A DNA stretch of 64,000 nucleotides. Source: Azolla caroliniana. Lineage: Eukaryota > Plantae > Polypodiophyta. The DNA lies in NCBI GenBank assembly GCA_043228905.1, contig JBHGNT010000001.1, positions 6,076,001 to 6,140,000 of the forward strand, in the 5' to 3' direction. The translations under genes and the position numbers were made by a program. Below, in pieces: positions 19,473 to 31,234 of the stretch (position 1 is the first letter of the stretch; every line of letters begins with the position of its first letter). The notes beneath the pieces are model-generated. The model made no database searches. It was not told the DNA's origin and saw only the letters and a program-made list of their open reading frames with translations.

Positions 19473-21049
19473 CACACTTTCATACACCTATGGATAGGGA
19501 ACAAATATATATATGCACGAGAGAGCCTGAGCATATTTGTTCCCTATCCATAGGTGTATGAAAGTGTGCATTTAAAATAAAGAGCTAGTACTCACGAATC
19601 ATGCAAGATAAACCCCGCGGACAAAAGAATCCTCCACAGCAACGATATGGATCGCCAGCACGCAACGGGGTAGTGGTGAGATTTTGGTATAACTCACTTA
19701 TCGATGTTACATTTTGCACACCCCTAGCCCAACCATCTTCACATCCTTGACTCCAATTCGTAAGATTACAATTAATGTTTGATATAGGTTGGGCAGTTTC
19801 GTCAGAATTCCCTATAAGTTGCACAAGTGAATCTACATAATCACTTATTTCCCCTGCACTGCACATCATGTTCAGCATTGCCCCTGGTAAAATAAGAAGA
19901 TGATCAAGAGAGAGATGTAGTTAGTTAGCACTGACAGTGGTCTATTATTTTTGAAAAGCCTCCATTGAAAAGTTATTGGCCAAGGGATGAAAAAGTAGTT
20001 GTGCATTTTTAATCAAAACATTTTTGAACCTCTTTGTAAAACTAGTTGATTCAATGTGAAACACCACCTATGTTTATAACGAAAATATGTTTGCTTTAAT
20101 GTTCTTGCGTCTCGTGAATAGAAACAAACCAAAAACACTTAATTTTATCGATTCTTATTTATCATCAATTTAAAAGAAACTTAAGATTCATACTTAAGTC
20201 CATATTCATTGAGGGAACAAATTTAAACATGAAATTGTCCAGAGGTCTAAAATATGGAGCCTAACCTGCTGTTTCGACAAAGCACTGTGTTAAGAAGGTC
20301 AGATTCTGATCAAAACCAAATGTCATCTCTCTTTCCTTTTGACTGCAATACAAAAAGAACAAGTAAACAGCTGTGTTAAAATCTGCTAACATTTATACAT
20401 ACATGAATGCAACGACCAGGCAAAAATACGCATCAATACTGCCATACATGTCTACGCACATCCATACGTATATTTACGCATCTAGACTTATACACAAATA
20501 TATACATATATGTACATGTATACACCTTTTGAGAAGATTATATATATATATATATATATCCACAGACATATACATATGCTAACATACATACATATAGGTA
20601 TTGAGAAGACATCAGTAGAAAGAAAGAGAAAACAAGACTTACGGATCAGTAACGCAGAAAGCGAATTGATTCGCGAATCGATTTGTATATGCAACCACAG
20701 TGTAATTGATGCTGTCATAGAGATCTTGTTGGCATTTTGATTCAGAGTATTCTGGGTCTCCAATAGTTGAAGTGCAAGAAGATGGTACGTTAGCATTTGT
20801 AGATTGAGCCTCAATTACTAAACACATGGGACTAAACATCAATGATGAGAGTAAGAAGAATAAAAGAAGATCATTTTTTATTAGGTGAGTAACCCTCGTG
20901 GTTATTAAATCGAATTTGGGTTCTAGTGGTTTGAATGGATTAGCTTCTCTCCGACCTTTTTTATGTACAAATGTGTAAGATAGAGTTCTGTGATGATTGA
21001 GATTAGTATGCGCTCTCTTATTAGGCGAGCAAGTTGCTTCCATATTCAT
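10802..21049 (-). CDS. ABCG: ABCG half-size transporter of the ABCG24/ABCG28/WBC30 type with N-terminal Cys-rich extracellular region, ~1157 aa, 14 exons
   Basis: Exons: 20643-21049, 20266-20342, 19596-19883, 19016-19073, 18654-18797, 18506-18540, 18343-18416, 17121-17992, 16227-16523, 15269-15751, 14631-14779, 11876-12165, 11063-11196, 10802-10967. Phase-consistent. Walker A GPSGAGKT, signature ISGGQRKR, Walker [10 protein letters not shown]-loop LHQP. Cys-rich repeats [24 protein letters not shown] and [10 protein letters not shown]-terminal [10 protein letters not shown]. The start codon is uncertain (first in-frame ATG used). Confidence 0.93.
11092..11693. repeat. ~300-bp tandem duplication covering most of ABCG exon 13 and the adjacent intron
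   Basis: 11092-11403 aligns with 11404-11693. Shared blocks include gataagtggcatattggaggacttcaagaaaccca, tcatgttctatttcccctattact and agccttatttaacacct. Confidence 0.9.
13028..13800 (-). mobile_element. Possible degenerate LINE 3' end in ABCG intron 11
   Basis: T-run at ~13029-13039 would be a poly(A) tail on the minus strand. Upstream lies a weak LWQ..WRC motif (~13255-13290) typical of LINE ORF2 C-termini. Heavily decayed. Confidence 0.3.
19433..19467. repeat. (TA)n microsatellite
   Basis: Direct reading. Confidence 0.95.
19471..19570. repeat. Perfect inverted repeat, 38-bp arms and 24-nt loop, in ABCG intron 3
   Basis: 19471-19508 (tgcacactttcatacacctatggatagggaacaaatat) is the exact reverse complement of 19533-19570. 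Confidence 0.95.
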
Positions 21050-21310
21050 CGCAGAGCTCAAAAAAAAAAGGAAGCACTGGATTGATAGTATTGGATTATA
21101 AACAATGGAAACAAAATGGGTGCAGGGGATATGAATGATTGGATGAAATTATAAGAGATCAGAGAGGTTTTAGGAGGTGCAGAGAGTCTAGAGAAAGAAA
21201 GAGAGAGGGAGGGAGGGAGGGAGAAGGAGACGATATTGCAGACTCTCGGTATCAGACTCGGTCAAATTAGACCATTTTCTCCTCACCCGGATCCCACACG
21301 GTGACCGGCC

Positions 21311-21575
21311 ATAGTATGAACCATACGTGCATTCTCCTTTTGAGAATGATTCAAAACATTCGAGTATGGTAAACACCCTCGAAGTATGGTAAATACCATA
21401 CTTGTTTGTATTCATTATTTAGCATAAGGTAATTTTAAATTTTAAGGTAAGAAAGTAAAGGTTAAAAGAAAAGTGTGAAAAAAAAAAAAAACATAAGAAT
21501 GTTTTGATAGCATAATTCATTCGTTTCCATTCGTATAAGAAAGAATGTTTGCCAATGCATTCGAGTATATTACGG
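21311..21575. mobile_element. Dispersed ~260-bp repeat, copy 1 (MITE-like), upstream of ABCG
   Basis: Colinear with 38627-38883. Shared blocks: atagtatgaaccata, aaacaccctc, aaataccatac, an A-rich centre, aagaatgttt, gaatgtt. Confidence 0.6.
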
Positions 21576-23578
21576 TTGACACACCATACCTCACCCTCTC
21601 CGTCCCCTACTTTCTCTCTTTCTCTCTGCCTTCTTCTTCTTCTCTTTTGTTTTGTTTCTCTTTTTTGTTTAATTACAGAAATAAGAAACTTATGTACACA
21701 TGATCGGGATCTCTTGTGGACCATATACTTCAAAAATACTTTGGGGAGAGAGAGAGAGAGAGAGAGAAGAAAGAACGAAAGATATATGTAGTATTAACGT
21801 TTTCTAAGTCCGCATTTGGCCCATGAGACAATTGGTTACAAGTTACAACAAAATGGGATGTGTACCCAATCATCACAATCCTGGCCCATGACAAAGACAG
21901 AGAGCGAGAGGCCACCGATGCCAGGGGCATACACCATTGTGCTTGTGTCTTATCAATAAGAAGAAAAGGAAAAAAGGCTTCCAGGGATGGAGGGGATCTT
22001 GAAGATGCAATCCACAATTTCCTCGCGAGTGTATTCCTTATTAAAACCACCCATCGATTTGGCCTCGCGCGTTCCTACCTCCGTAGTCCTGTTGACATTC
22101 CGAAACATTTTCTAATTGGCTCTCCAAAAAGCGCACATGTGCGAGAGACATTTTCATAACATCATCCCCGCCATGATGTTCTTCGAAAATGTTGTGTACA
22201 TATTTTTCTTCTTTCGTAAGCTTGCTATAATAGAAAAGTAAATGTAGCTTTTCCTATGTTCATTCCCATTCCACACCTATAAAATTCGTACCTCTCTTAA
22301 ATTTTAGTTTTCAACATCTTAAAACTCTTTGACAAAAGTTGAGCCTCATAATGAGTCAATATGGATGCAAGTTAATTAAATTGCTCGTGTTATAGATAAA
22401 AATATAAAATTTCAAACTTCAAAATACTTAATAAAAATTTAATCCGTCTCAATTCCATTAGGGTATTCACTGTTTAGGAGGACTTGGAGAGCTACAAAAA
22501 ACTAATATGTTTTGTACAGATTGCATCTATGTTTTATGTGTTATTTTAGTTTTAAATTGTGGGCACGACTAATTCATGCATACATCATTTCAAGCATGTT
22601 ATATTTTGTTTTGGATGGGCACTTTATAATGTTTTTCTATGGATGAGACTCGAGAGACATACATTTCCCTACCCAAGTTGACAAATAAAAGTTTTCCAAA
22701 TGACGCTTATGACTTTTTCAAAATATTTTAACAAGTCGTATGAGACATAGAAAATGCCGAGTCCCAAACTCTTTTACAAAAATAAAGAGTGATATACAAT
22801 TCTAGCTTCCCAAAACAACCTTCCCACACCATCTCCATATAGAGACATCCTTGTTAGCGAGCTTGTGATGAAGTGCGTATATACAATTTACAAAGCTACA
22901 TAACTAAAAGAAATCACATTGTTGACACCACTTCCAACCAAAGGTAAGCCTCGATCTAGTGTATTTTGACCTTTTTTTAGATTCGATATGCTCAAGATTA
23001 TTAATTGGTGCCATGAACCCAATGGCAAAAGGTTTGAGGGCTTATATTAATATACTGTAATTCATCTCTAGGCTTCACAAGGATTTAGAATTACACTTGA
23101 ATTTAGAGGAAGAATCATAAAGTCATTAAACATTACCCCTCTTAGCAAAAGCTCAAATGATTTCTTGAAAAATCTCTTCACTTTGTTTAGTTCTTGTTTC
23201 TCATTTATTCATTTTAGGATCTACATACACGTACAATTTTATTTTATTTTCCCATGACCCCACAAAACAAATGCACAATCACACTCACAGGTGTAGGTAT
23301 AGAAAAGACTTGACAAACAACATGACTTTGAAAAAACTCTTCACATTGGTTAATCCTCCCTTAAAATTGATTATTCAATTTAGCCTCCATAAACCTACAT
23401 GAACATCAATTATATCCACTATCCTAACACTCAACAATCCATACTAATCAATTGACCAAAAGCTTGAGTGTTGACTTTAAGACTTGAGAAGCACATACAA
23501 AACACATATATACATGGATAGGTCTTGCAATCAACCATGCCCATTCTTATGTTGTAGCTCCACTTAATTCTCCATCAT

Positions 23579-23601
23579 TATATATATATATATATATATA
23601 T
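23579..23601. repeat. (TA)n microsatellite
   Basis: Direct reading. Confidence 0.9.
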
Positions 23602-25793
23602 CCAAAAAAAACTCTTTCCATTAGTTATAAAAATTTACAGATGAGAGTATTATATACAGATTCCATCATTGTGTTCATTCATTCTTATACACTTCCTCAA
23701 TAATAAAACAAAATTATTAATCGTCGAGTGATGTATTTATGACACCTTTGGCAATATACTTTCCTTCATATATTGTTATTTAAAATTTGTATTTAAGTAT
23801 CTCATATCATTATAACCACTCTATCCCGAGGACAAGCCCTATCACAAATATTCATTCTTCTCATTGTTTGAATTTTTTCCTAAAATTTATCAATTGTGCA
23901 TTTTAAAGTCTTACTACAACAAGTCTCCAAAGCAGGGTGATAAGGGGGGTGATTAAATATTTGGACAGAAACTCAAACTAATAGAGTTTCAAACATGAGA
24001 ATATATTTTAGAAGTATCAAAGCTCATGTTAGTTGCATAATCTTGAACAAGATTGAGCTATTGAAGCATTCCAATTGTATAGTTCTAGCTAGAAGCATGT
24101 AGCCATATTAACTCATTAGTTGCATGAAAAGTTGATTATAGTAGTCCCAAAGTATAGCCTTAGTTAAAAAGGTATTACAAAATTTTGAGAAGCTAGAGGC
24201 CTTGTCTCTTTTACTGCTCTCATGTGTTATGCATTGTGTTTTATTCGACTTCTTTCAGATATTGTACATCTCTAGGTATCTTCATCTTGAAAATAACCGC
24301 AAAAAGCTTCCACTTTGAATTAGCAAGCAAAATTTGATCGTTTTGGGTGAAGTAATTGGCCTAGAGTTCGAGGGTTTAATCATTGACTTTGCTCATAAAG
24401 ACAAGATGCCTCCTCCATGAATCATGCATGAGTCCAAGTGTGTATAATCATGTGGACAAGATGCCTCCCCATCAATCATACATTAACCATATAACAAAGT
24501 GTCATTCATACCAAATGAACATATGAAATTTTATTATTATTCAAAGTAATTTATTATGCCATGTATCAAGATACTAATTATTGTTTCGATCACAGGTAAT
24601 GAAAGCTTCAAATGTGCCTATGAACACGATCATAAGTGGCACTCAACTTCAATTCCTCATATCAACATTGCAATATATTTCTAACACAAGATGTGGTTGG
24701 TTGGAACTTGTTATTGCCTTTTTGTACACAAGGGATCAACTACTCTAGGGCACTACCAACAACCACTTATTATACACGAATCAAGATAATTATGCCTTTC
24801 CCATTGACATTATTAACTTATTCATAATGTGGGAGCCTATTACAAACTAGTGAAATTTTAGAGATATTATTTTCTGTAAAAACCTATAAAGTACTCTTCT
24901 CAATTGCATCATGGCAAAAACATCAAACTACAGAGATTATAAAGAAATATACTGTACAACTCAGATGTTAAAAGGTTTGTTTTATTAAAATTTATTTATC
25001 GGTTCATAATTATTGCAGCTTTTTTTAATGGTAGACTTTTTTCAGGCAATTTGTCAACGAGGAAACAATTTTATCAACATAATGGCAACTTACACATCAT
25101 GAATTAAAAAAAGCTCATTTTTGTTGGAACATTTCTATCCTACGTATGCAAAAGATTCTTTTGAGAATTTCACAGATTTTTTAACAAGAATTGGTTTGAA
25201 TTCCTGTTGAATATCATGATGAACTAGTTTTATGAAGAGAACATAAAAATACTTGAGATCAGGGCACATTTTCGAATGCCACATTTTCATATTTTTGATC
25301 AAAAGTACATCCTTATTGATGATGGCCATGGATGTACCTCGAATGACAACAATATTATTCTTGTACACATTATTAAATCAAGTATCATGAAAAATGCCTT
25401 CTCAACCAACTCAATGAGTTCACTTTTAGCTATGCATATGAATTTATGAAAATTTTGCTGTATGTAGAGAAACATTTGATAGATACATGGTTAGAACTTA
25501 GAATCATGGAATATGAATTAAATTTTTTTTAGTTAGCAAAAATCTAAACATTGTGTTTCCGGTTTCCATGAGCATGGACCAATGGCGAAAAATTCAATCT
25601 CCCCTCTTTGAGATGTTTTTCCACACACAACAGCTTGTGGTGAATCCCAAATGTATAGAATCTGTCACCTCAAACATCTAGTAGTAGATCAAATCATTCT
25701 GAATCACCAAAGAGCAAATTGTGATAGGTCCTTATCCTCACATTCGAACTTGGGTGTTTAGGGTTTAATATATGAACAGTACAACCTCATGTG

Positions 25794-28700
25794 TCAGGTA
25801 GTAGAAGAATCGAAGCACTGTGAATCACCTAGCAATGAAACTGTTGAAAGCATGGCTATTGCAGCAGTTTCTACTCTCAACCGACGAGGTCCGAGGCCAA
25901 CTGGAAGAGCACCAGCTTCAGCCAATGCTTGTTTCTCATTATCGGTAAAATCTTCCAAGACCAAAAAGAGTATTATATACAATCAATCAAAGTTTCTGTG
26001 GAAATTTTATAGTTTTATGAGCAAAATATTCAAGGCCTAAAGATGAGATCACACACTACTTGCAGCACCTCTTATCTGTGAATGTATCAAAAAATTATGA
26101 AATATGAAATACTATGATGATATATGGTGTATGACTTATGACATGCATACAAACCTGATTGTGTCTGGCATGCAATGCAGGATCTTGTATGGTGTGATAT
26201 GGCATGTTTAAGATTTTAAGTTTTATAAAAATGGTGTACAAAATGTATTAAGATGCCATGTAATCATTCTACGATTGATGAGTATTTAACAAATAAAAAT
26301 AAAAACTAAAGAAGTCATGGCCAATCCGTGATGGCTATTATGCATTTCCCTAACTAAGTATGCATGCAATAGAAAATGGATGTGAGAGAATTTTGACATC
26401 AATGGAAATAACAAAAGATACCTCCTTCAGGTCCAATAAATAGCAATCCATTCCAATCCATTTTAATGCTTGGAAACGCTTTTACAAGAGGAGTAGCGTA
26501 TGCATCTGCCATCATAATAATCTCGAACGAGGAACTCTACATTTCCAAACAAGAATCGTAATCACATTATCAATTTGCTTTGTCCACAAAAAATGCACAC
26601 AAGTTCACTTAAAAGTTCAATATGTTTTATTCACTAATAAATTAAGAGATTTGATAGACCTCACTTCTTTCAGAAGTGCACTCAAATGTGTTGGACTCTT
26701 CAAATCCATTGAGTGCAGTCTTTGACCTAGAAAAAATTAGAATACCAACATATGTAAGGATTCAATTGTTAAGGCAATGGTCCACGGCTACTATTTCAAA
26801 TACAATGAGAAATCATGCATTTATTTTGGTGGAAAACACCAAACTACCCCTGATTTGTTGGGTACATGCCACAATACTTCTAATTTTTCAAACAACACCA
26901 GGATACCCAGTACAAAGAGGGGGTATTCTGGCGCTGTTTCAAGTCTTGAGGTTATTCTGGTAAATAACTAAAAGTTTAAGGGTATTTTGAGGTTTTTTAT
27001 CTTTATTTCAGTATAAAACTCTGATATGGTATAATTTATAACTTTTTACTTAGTCATTACTAATTACTAAAGTTTTCCAATGTAGCGAAGAGTACATTGT
27101 TTGGTAGCAGCCACAACCATACGAGTCCAACGATTACTGCGGCCTTCACTGGCAACAGGAGACCTCTCTGATAACAATGGTATAACACTCTTTGCACCTA
27201 ATTCCTAACAAAAGTTTTAGTTAGGGAAGGGTATCTACTACATAATGTCAAGATTCATTGATAATAAAATCTTATCATTGGCAATCTTTTGCATCAAAAA
27301 CTTTGGAACAACTTACAGTGCATTTCTCAACAAGCCAATCAGCCCTCCCACCTTTCAATGATCCTGTAGGTGCATAACACTACCTGGAGTTAAGTAATTA
27401 GAAAGCGTTAAGGAAAACAGCAAACGTTGTAAGAATTCAATCATGACTAAGTTTATGTAAAGGAACCTATGAGAAAGATGGGTAACAATTTTAACACAAT
27501 CAAACATCTCATTTTGTAAAACTGAGACAATTAGCATTAATATAGAAAAAACATTCAGAGTGACATATATATGTCAACAACATACGCCCAACATTGTGCT
27601 TGTGAAGTCAATACAAATCTTCTAAGAGGCATGATGGGTGTCTTTCTGTCTCATTCATATGTGTGTATACATGAGAGACCGAATCTGGTATTTGGCAAGA
27701 GGATGGACACATGGTGAGACTTGGATTCCTTCAATTTTATGACTTTGAGGCTATAACCACCAAGTCAACAGCCACATGATAGAGAGATAGATTATTAACA
27801 TCGATGAGCGACTGAATATGAACATGGGATTTGACTATAAGAGAGAGGTAAATGGGGGGGGGAAGAGAGAGAAGGAAAGAATAAGTAACACTTTGAGAAT
27901 ATATAACTCACCAAATGCAGCAGCTACATGCCAAAATGGTCCAACAGGTGAAAGGTAGCACGTGTCTCTAGTAGTCTCAACATCTATGGTGGTACGCCCC
28001 ACTCTTGCAATAATTGCTTCCACAATACCACCTTTCCCATCAAAGAGCTCCAATCTTCAACACATTCAATTAATACAACCATCACAACATGCATTACAAC
28101 AGAACATTAACAAATAGAATTGATCTTATTCATTTAACATACAGGATTAGAGAAATACTTATCATTTACATTGAGCCGCAAGACCTTGGACATGTGACAA
28201 AACTCATCTCCTTGGATTGGAATTAGTGTTCCCTATTCATCAACCAATAAAAAAAATGCTGATTCATAACTTTAAATGATTGATGTCGGATAACATTTAG
28301 AAGATGCATATTTGATTGCATAAAATATTTTCAAAAGGAGAATATTAGGTAGATGCTACCTTAAGCAACAGGTTTCAAATACTCACCACTATAAGGTATC
28401 AATGAGTTTAAACTTAAGGTATATTGACCAAAGACAAATGCATTTTGTTTTTTTTTCCCTGTGTGGTGGGCTAACCATACAAAGGAAGTCCACACCCAGA
28501 AAAAAAAAAATGTTTTTCACGTTGATGGTCAAAGTGAATCCACCCATCCTGAGTAAAAGTTTTTTTTTTCTTTTAACGCATAAATTTCAAATGGCTGGCC
28601 ACGTATTCCGATTGCCTCGCCTAACGCAACATGGATAGACCAGACTTAGATTGTGAGCACAAAGAAAGAGATGTTCTACCTGCATGGAGGGAAGCTTGTC

Positions 28701-28925
28701 GACAAAGAAACGAGGGAGGCCGCCTTTTGCTTTGTCTGGGGAAGCAGAAGAGCAGCAGATACTCCTCTTGACGAGGATCTCCTCCAGGTGCTGCTTATTC
28801 TTCAAAGCGGGGAGTGTGAGGGAAGGAGGTAGTAGTAGTAGCCTTCTGCTTCTGAAGAGGAGAGGAAACATGGGTAGGGCATGTGATGCAGAGACGACTA
28901 GACTTGATTTTGATATGGAAGCCAT
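25794..28925 (-). CDS. RsmE: RsmE-family 16S rRNA (m3U1498) methyltransferase with organellar transit peptide, 317 aa, 8 exons
   Basis: Exons: 28680-28925, 28159-28232, 27912-28054, 27317-27363, 27096-27204, 26665-26726, 26422-26536, 25794-25951 (954 nt, phase-consistent). Motifs: LPRFF, HMSKVLRL, ELFDG, DWLVEKCTELG, AATKQCQR, IGPEGDF, LGPRRLRVETA. Ser/Arg-rich N-terminus. Confidence 0.95.
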
Positions 28926-29032
28926 GGATGGATGTATGGATGGAGATACTACTCCATATATGCCTTACACAGTCAAAATGGGGCCCTTCATTAAATCCTC
29001 TTATAAACCCTGTTCTCCATTTAGTACTCTGT

Positions 29033-29062
29033 TTCTTCTTCTTCTTCTTCTTCTTCTTCTTC
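29033..29062. repeat. (TTC)10 microsatellite upstream of RsmE ATG
   Basis: Direct reading. Confidence 0.95.
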
Positions 29063-29970
29063 ACCTTTGGTTTATTTATCTGCTTGCTGCCTTTGGGTTG
29101 TGGAGACCGTGAGTGATTCACTAGTACAAAAGCCTCAAAAAGGATCAAATTGTTACTATGTTACTTAGTTTGCGTGATCCGACGTGAAAATAAACAAAGC
29201 ATGGGCCATGTTGCCGACCTGACCTAATATGAAACAACACCCTGTAGTAGTCTTGAGACTTGAACCCCAAACAACATCGCAAACTCCAACATTCATCGTC
29301 TATAATCTCAAACCTTTCCATCATTCGAAAGCTCGAAGAATCTGTAATAAAGAAATTGGTGAAGATGTCTAATAGTTTCATATGATGTATGAAGACAACG
29401 CTTTCACTCCCATATTTTTTTTACCTTGCAATGCTCACAATTCTTTTCCTTTTAGTGAATGTGCTCACTTTGATCCTTGACAATTACCATGTAGATCACT
29501 CTAGTGCTTTCTTCTTTACAAATAGGAATTGTTCTAGTAAGAAAATGTAGAATTATAATAGATCGAAACATCAAACTACATCACGATAACCACATAAATT
29601 TAAAAAACTTTCGTTTGCAAATTTCAAAACACAACTCAAACTCTTTCAAACAGTAGAGTGCAAACCCTAACCTACCAATGAATACAATGATTAGCAGTGT
29701 GTATAATTTGGTAATATCTTATGCAATGTGATAGACACAATCTAAAAGGTAACAAAGAAATCAAAGATGATTCAAAGAAGGTGTATGAACAACCAAGCTT
29801 GGAATCCCATGATGTCATCCTACACAATTACAAATATTCCCAATCTAAATCATACGCATCATGTTTTGTCTAAAGCCAACTACTCATTACTTGATGCAAG
29901 TATTAGAAACAATGGCCTAAGCCAACACAACAAAACTTAATGACATTTTGTATATTCCCGATTATGTAAT

Positions 29971-30078
29971 GCCCTTATTGTTTTGCTCATTTATATTTGC
30001 TTCTTACCTCTTGTGCATGTGTGCGCCCTTATTGTTTTGCTCATTTATATTTGCTTCTTACCTCTTGTGCATGTGTGC
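29971..30078. repeat. Perfect 54-bp tandem duplication
   Basis: gcccttattgttttgctcatttatatttgcttcttacctcttgtgcatgtgtgc occurs at 29971-30024 and 30025-30078. Confidence 0.95.
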
Positions 30079-30459
30079 GCGTGCATGAGAGAAAGAGGCT
30101 TTTTAAGATCCACAAGAAGCCTCAAAGTTCAAACAATCTATAAGGCTTGGCCTCGCCCATGGTGAGTATTGAACTTCGGTTCTTTGAAATTATGACTACG
30201 ATGTTATTGTATAAACCACCACATAGTTTACTAGTGCTCTATGATCAAAATATTAAATTCTTAATGCATGTAGTGGAATAATTTTGAAAATAGTTTACGA
30301 ACATGAAGTGGATAACTAACTATTGGGTATAAAAGATGATGGTTCCCTTCTAATGTCATAACCATGCAGCACAATATGATTCAATTTTAGTTTCTATGAG
30401 GCAACCACCATTATTTATTCCCAATGGTCAACTCGAACACTAACAAAAACAAGTGATTT

Positions 30460-30960
30460 TTTTTATTTTTTATTTTTCATAAATCAATGTTTGTTATTAA
30501 AACAAGATGATAATACAACCCTTGCTATCTTCACTACTTCATAATTAGTGATAGTGCTAGGGAAACCCTCTCAACTCTTGCAAAACTAGATGACATACCT
30601 CTATCTCCTCTTAGGCAAACATCCCCATACAATATAGTTGTGAAAATTGCCAAATCCACTTCCCTTTCATCCTACAAAGTTATTGTGTTACCCCATGAAT
30701 TCCATCAAACAAGAACCCATTTCCCATGGTCCAATTAAACCACATCCCCCAATAACTAAGGTAGTCAAACACAACCTTATATGATTGATTTATTACTATT
30801 CCTTCAACAGATTATTTAGCAACAATGTGACACAATTTACAATCATCATGAAGCACTATTCAACTTCAGCTCTCCACAAAATAACAATAGTTGGGAGAAC
30901 TTTTTTCATACAACTTGCCTCTTCAAGCCATTTCAAAGAAAAAAGCATAATTTGATTTGA
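30460..30960 (-). mobile_element. Possible degenerate LINE 3' remnant
   Basis: T-rich tail at ~30457-30477. Minus-strand fragments KKVLPT, DDCKLCH and IVWGCL resemble the LINE zf-RVT/C-terminal region. Many stops. Confidence 0.35.
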
Positions 30961-31234
30961 TGGAACTAGGGTTTACAATATTTTTGCTTAATTTCACTTT
31001 CAAGTTTCCATGTAATTTAGTATAAACAAAAGGCATAATTTTCTCATTGAATATACACATAAATTATCCCCAAATATTATATACACATTTTGAATGCCCT
31101 CAATTTCTTCTTAAGAAAACATAGGACAACAAAAGTCAACAAAAGCCATAATACACTAACAGGGCATTGGATTTGCCCTTTTGCCTTTAGGGTTACATGT
31201 ATATAAAAGTAATGCAAAAATCACTAAGGTTTGA

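Noticed and set aside
18840-20600. ORFs over AT/GT-rich stretches in ABCG introns
   Set aside because: They are translations of degenerate dinucleotide microsatellites.
21291-21330. USE-like atcccacacg suggesting an snRNA or telomerase RNA promoter
   Set aside because: There is no correctly spaced TATA box and no snRNA or telomere-template sequence downstream.
22750-22960. Possible LINE zinc-finger remnant
   Set aside because: Only a vague GLPL..CKL..VW pattern with stops, which is insufficient.
29662-29670. Telo-box aaaccctaa upstream of RsmE
   Set aside because: It is a single copy ~740 bp from the ATG and not distinguishable from chance.
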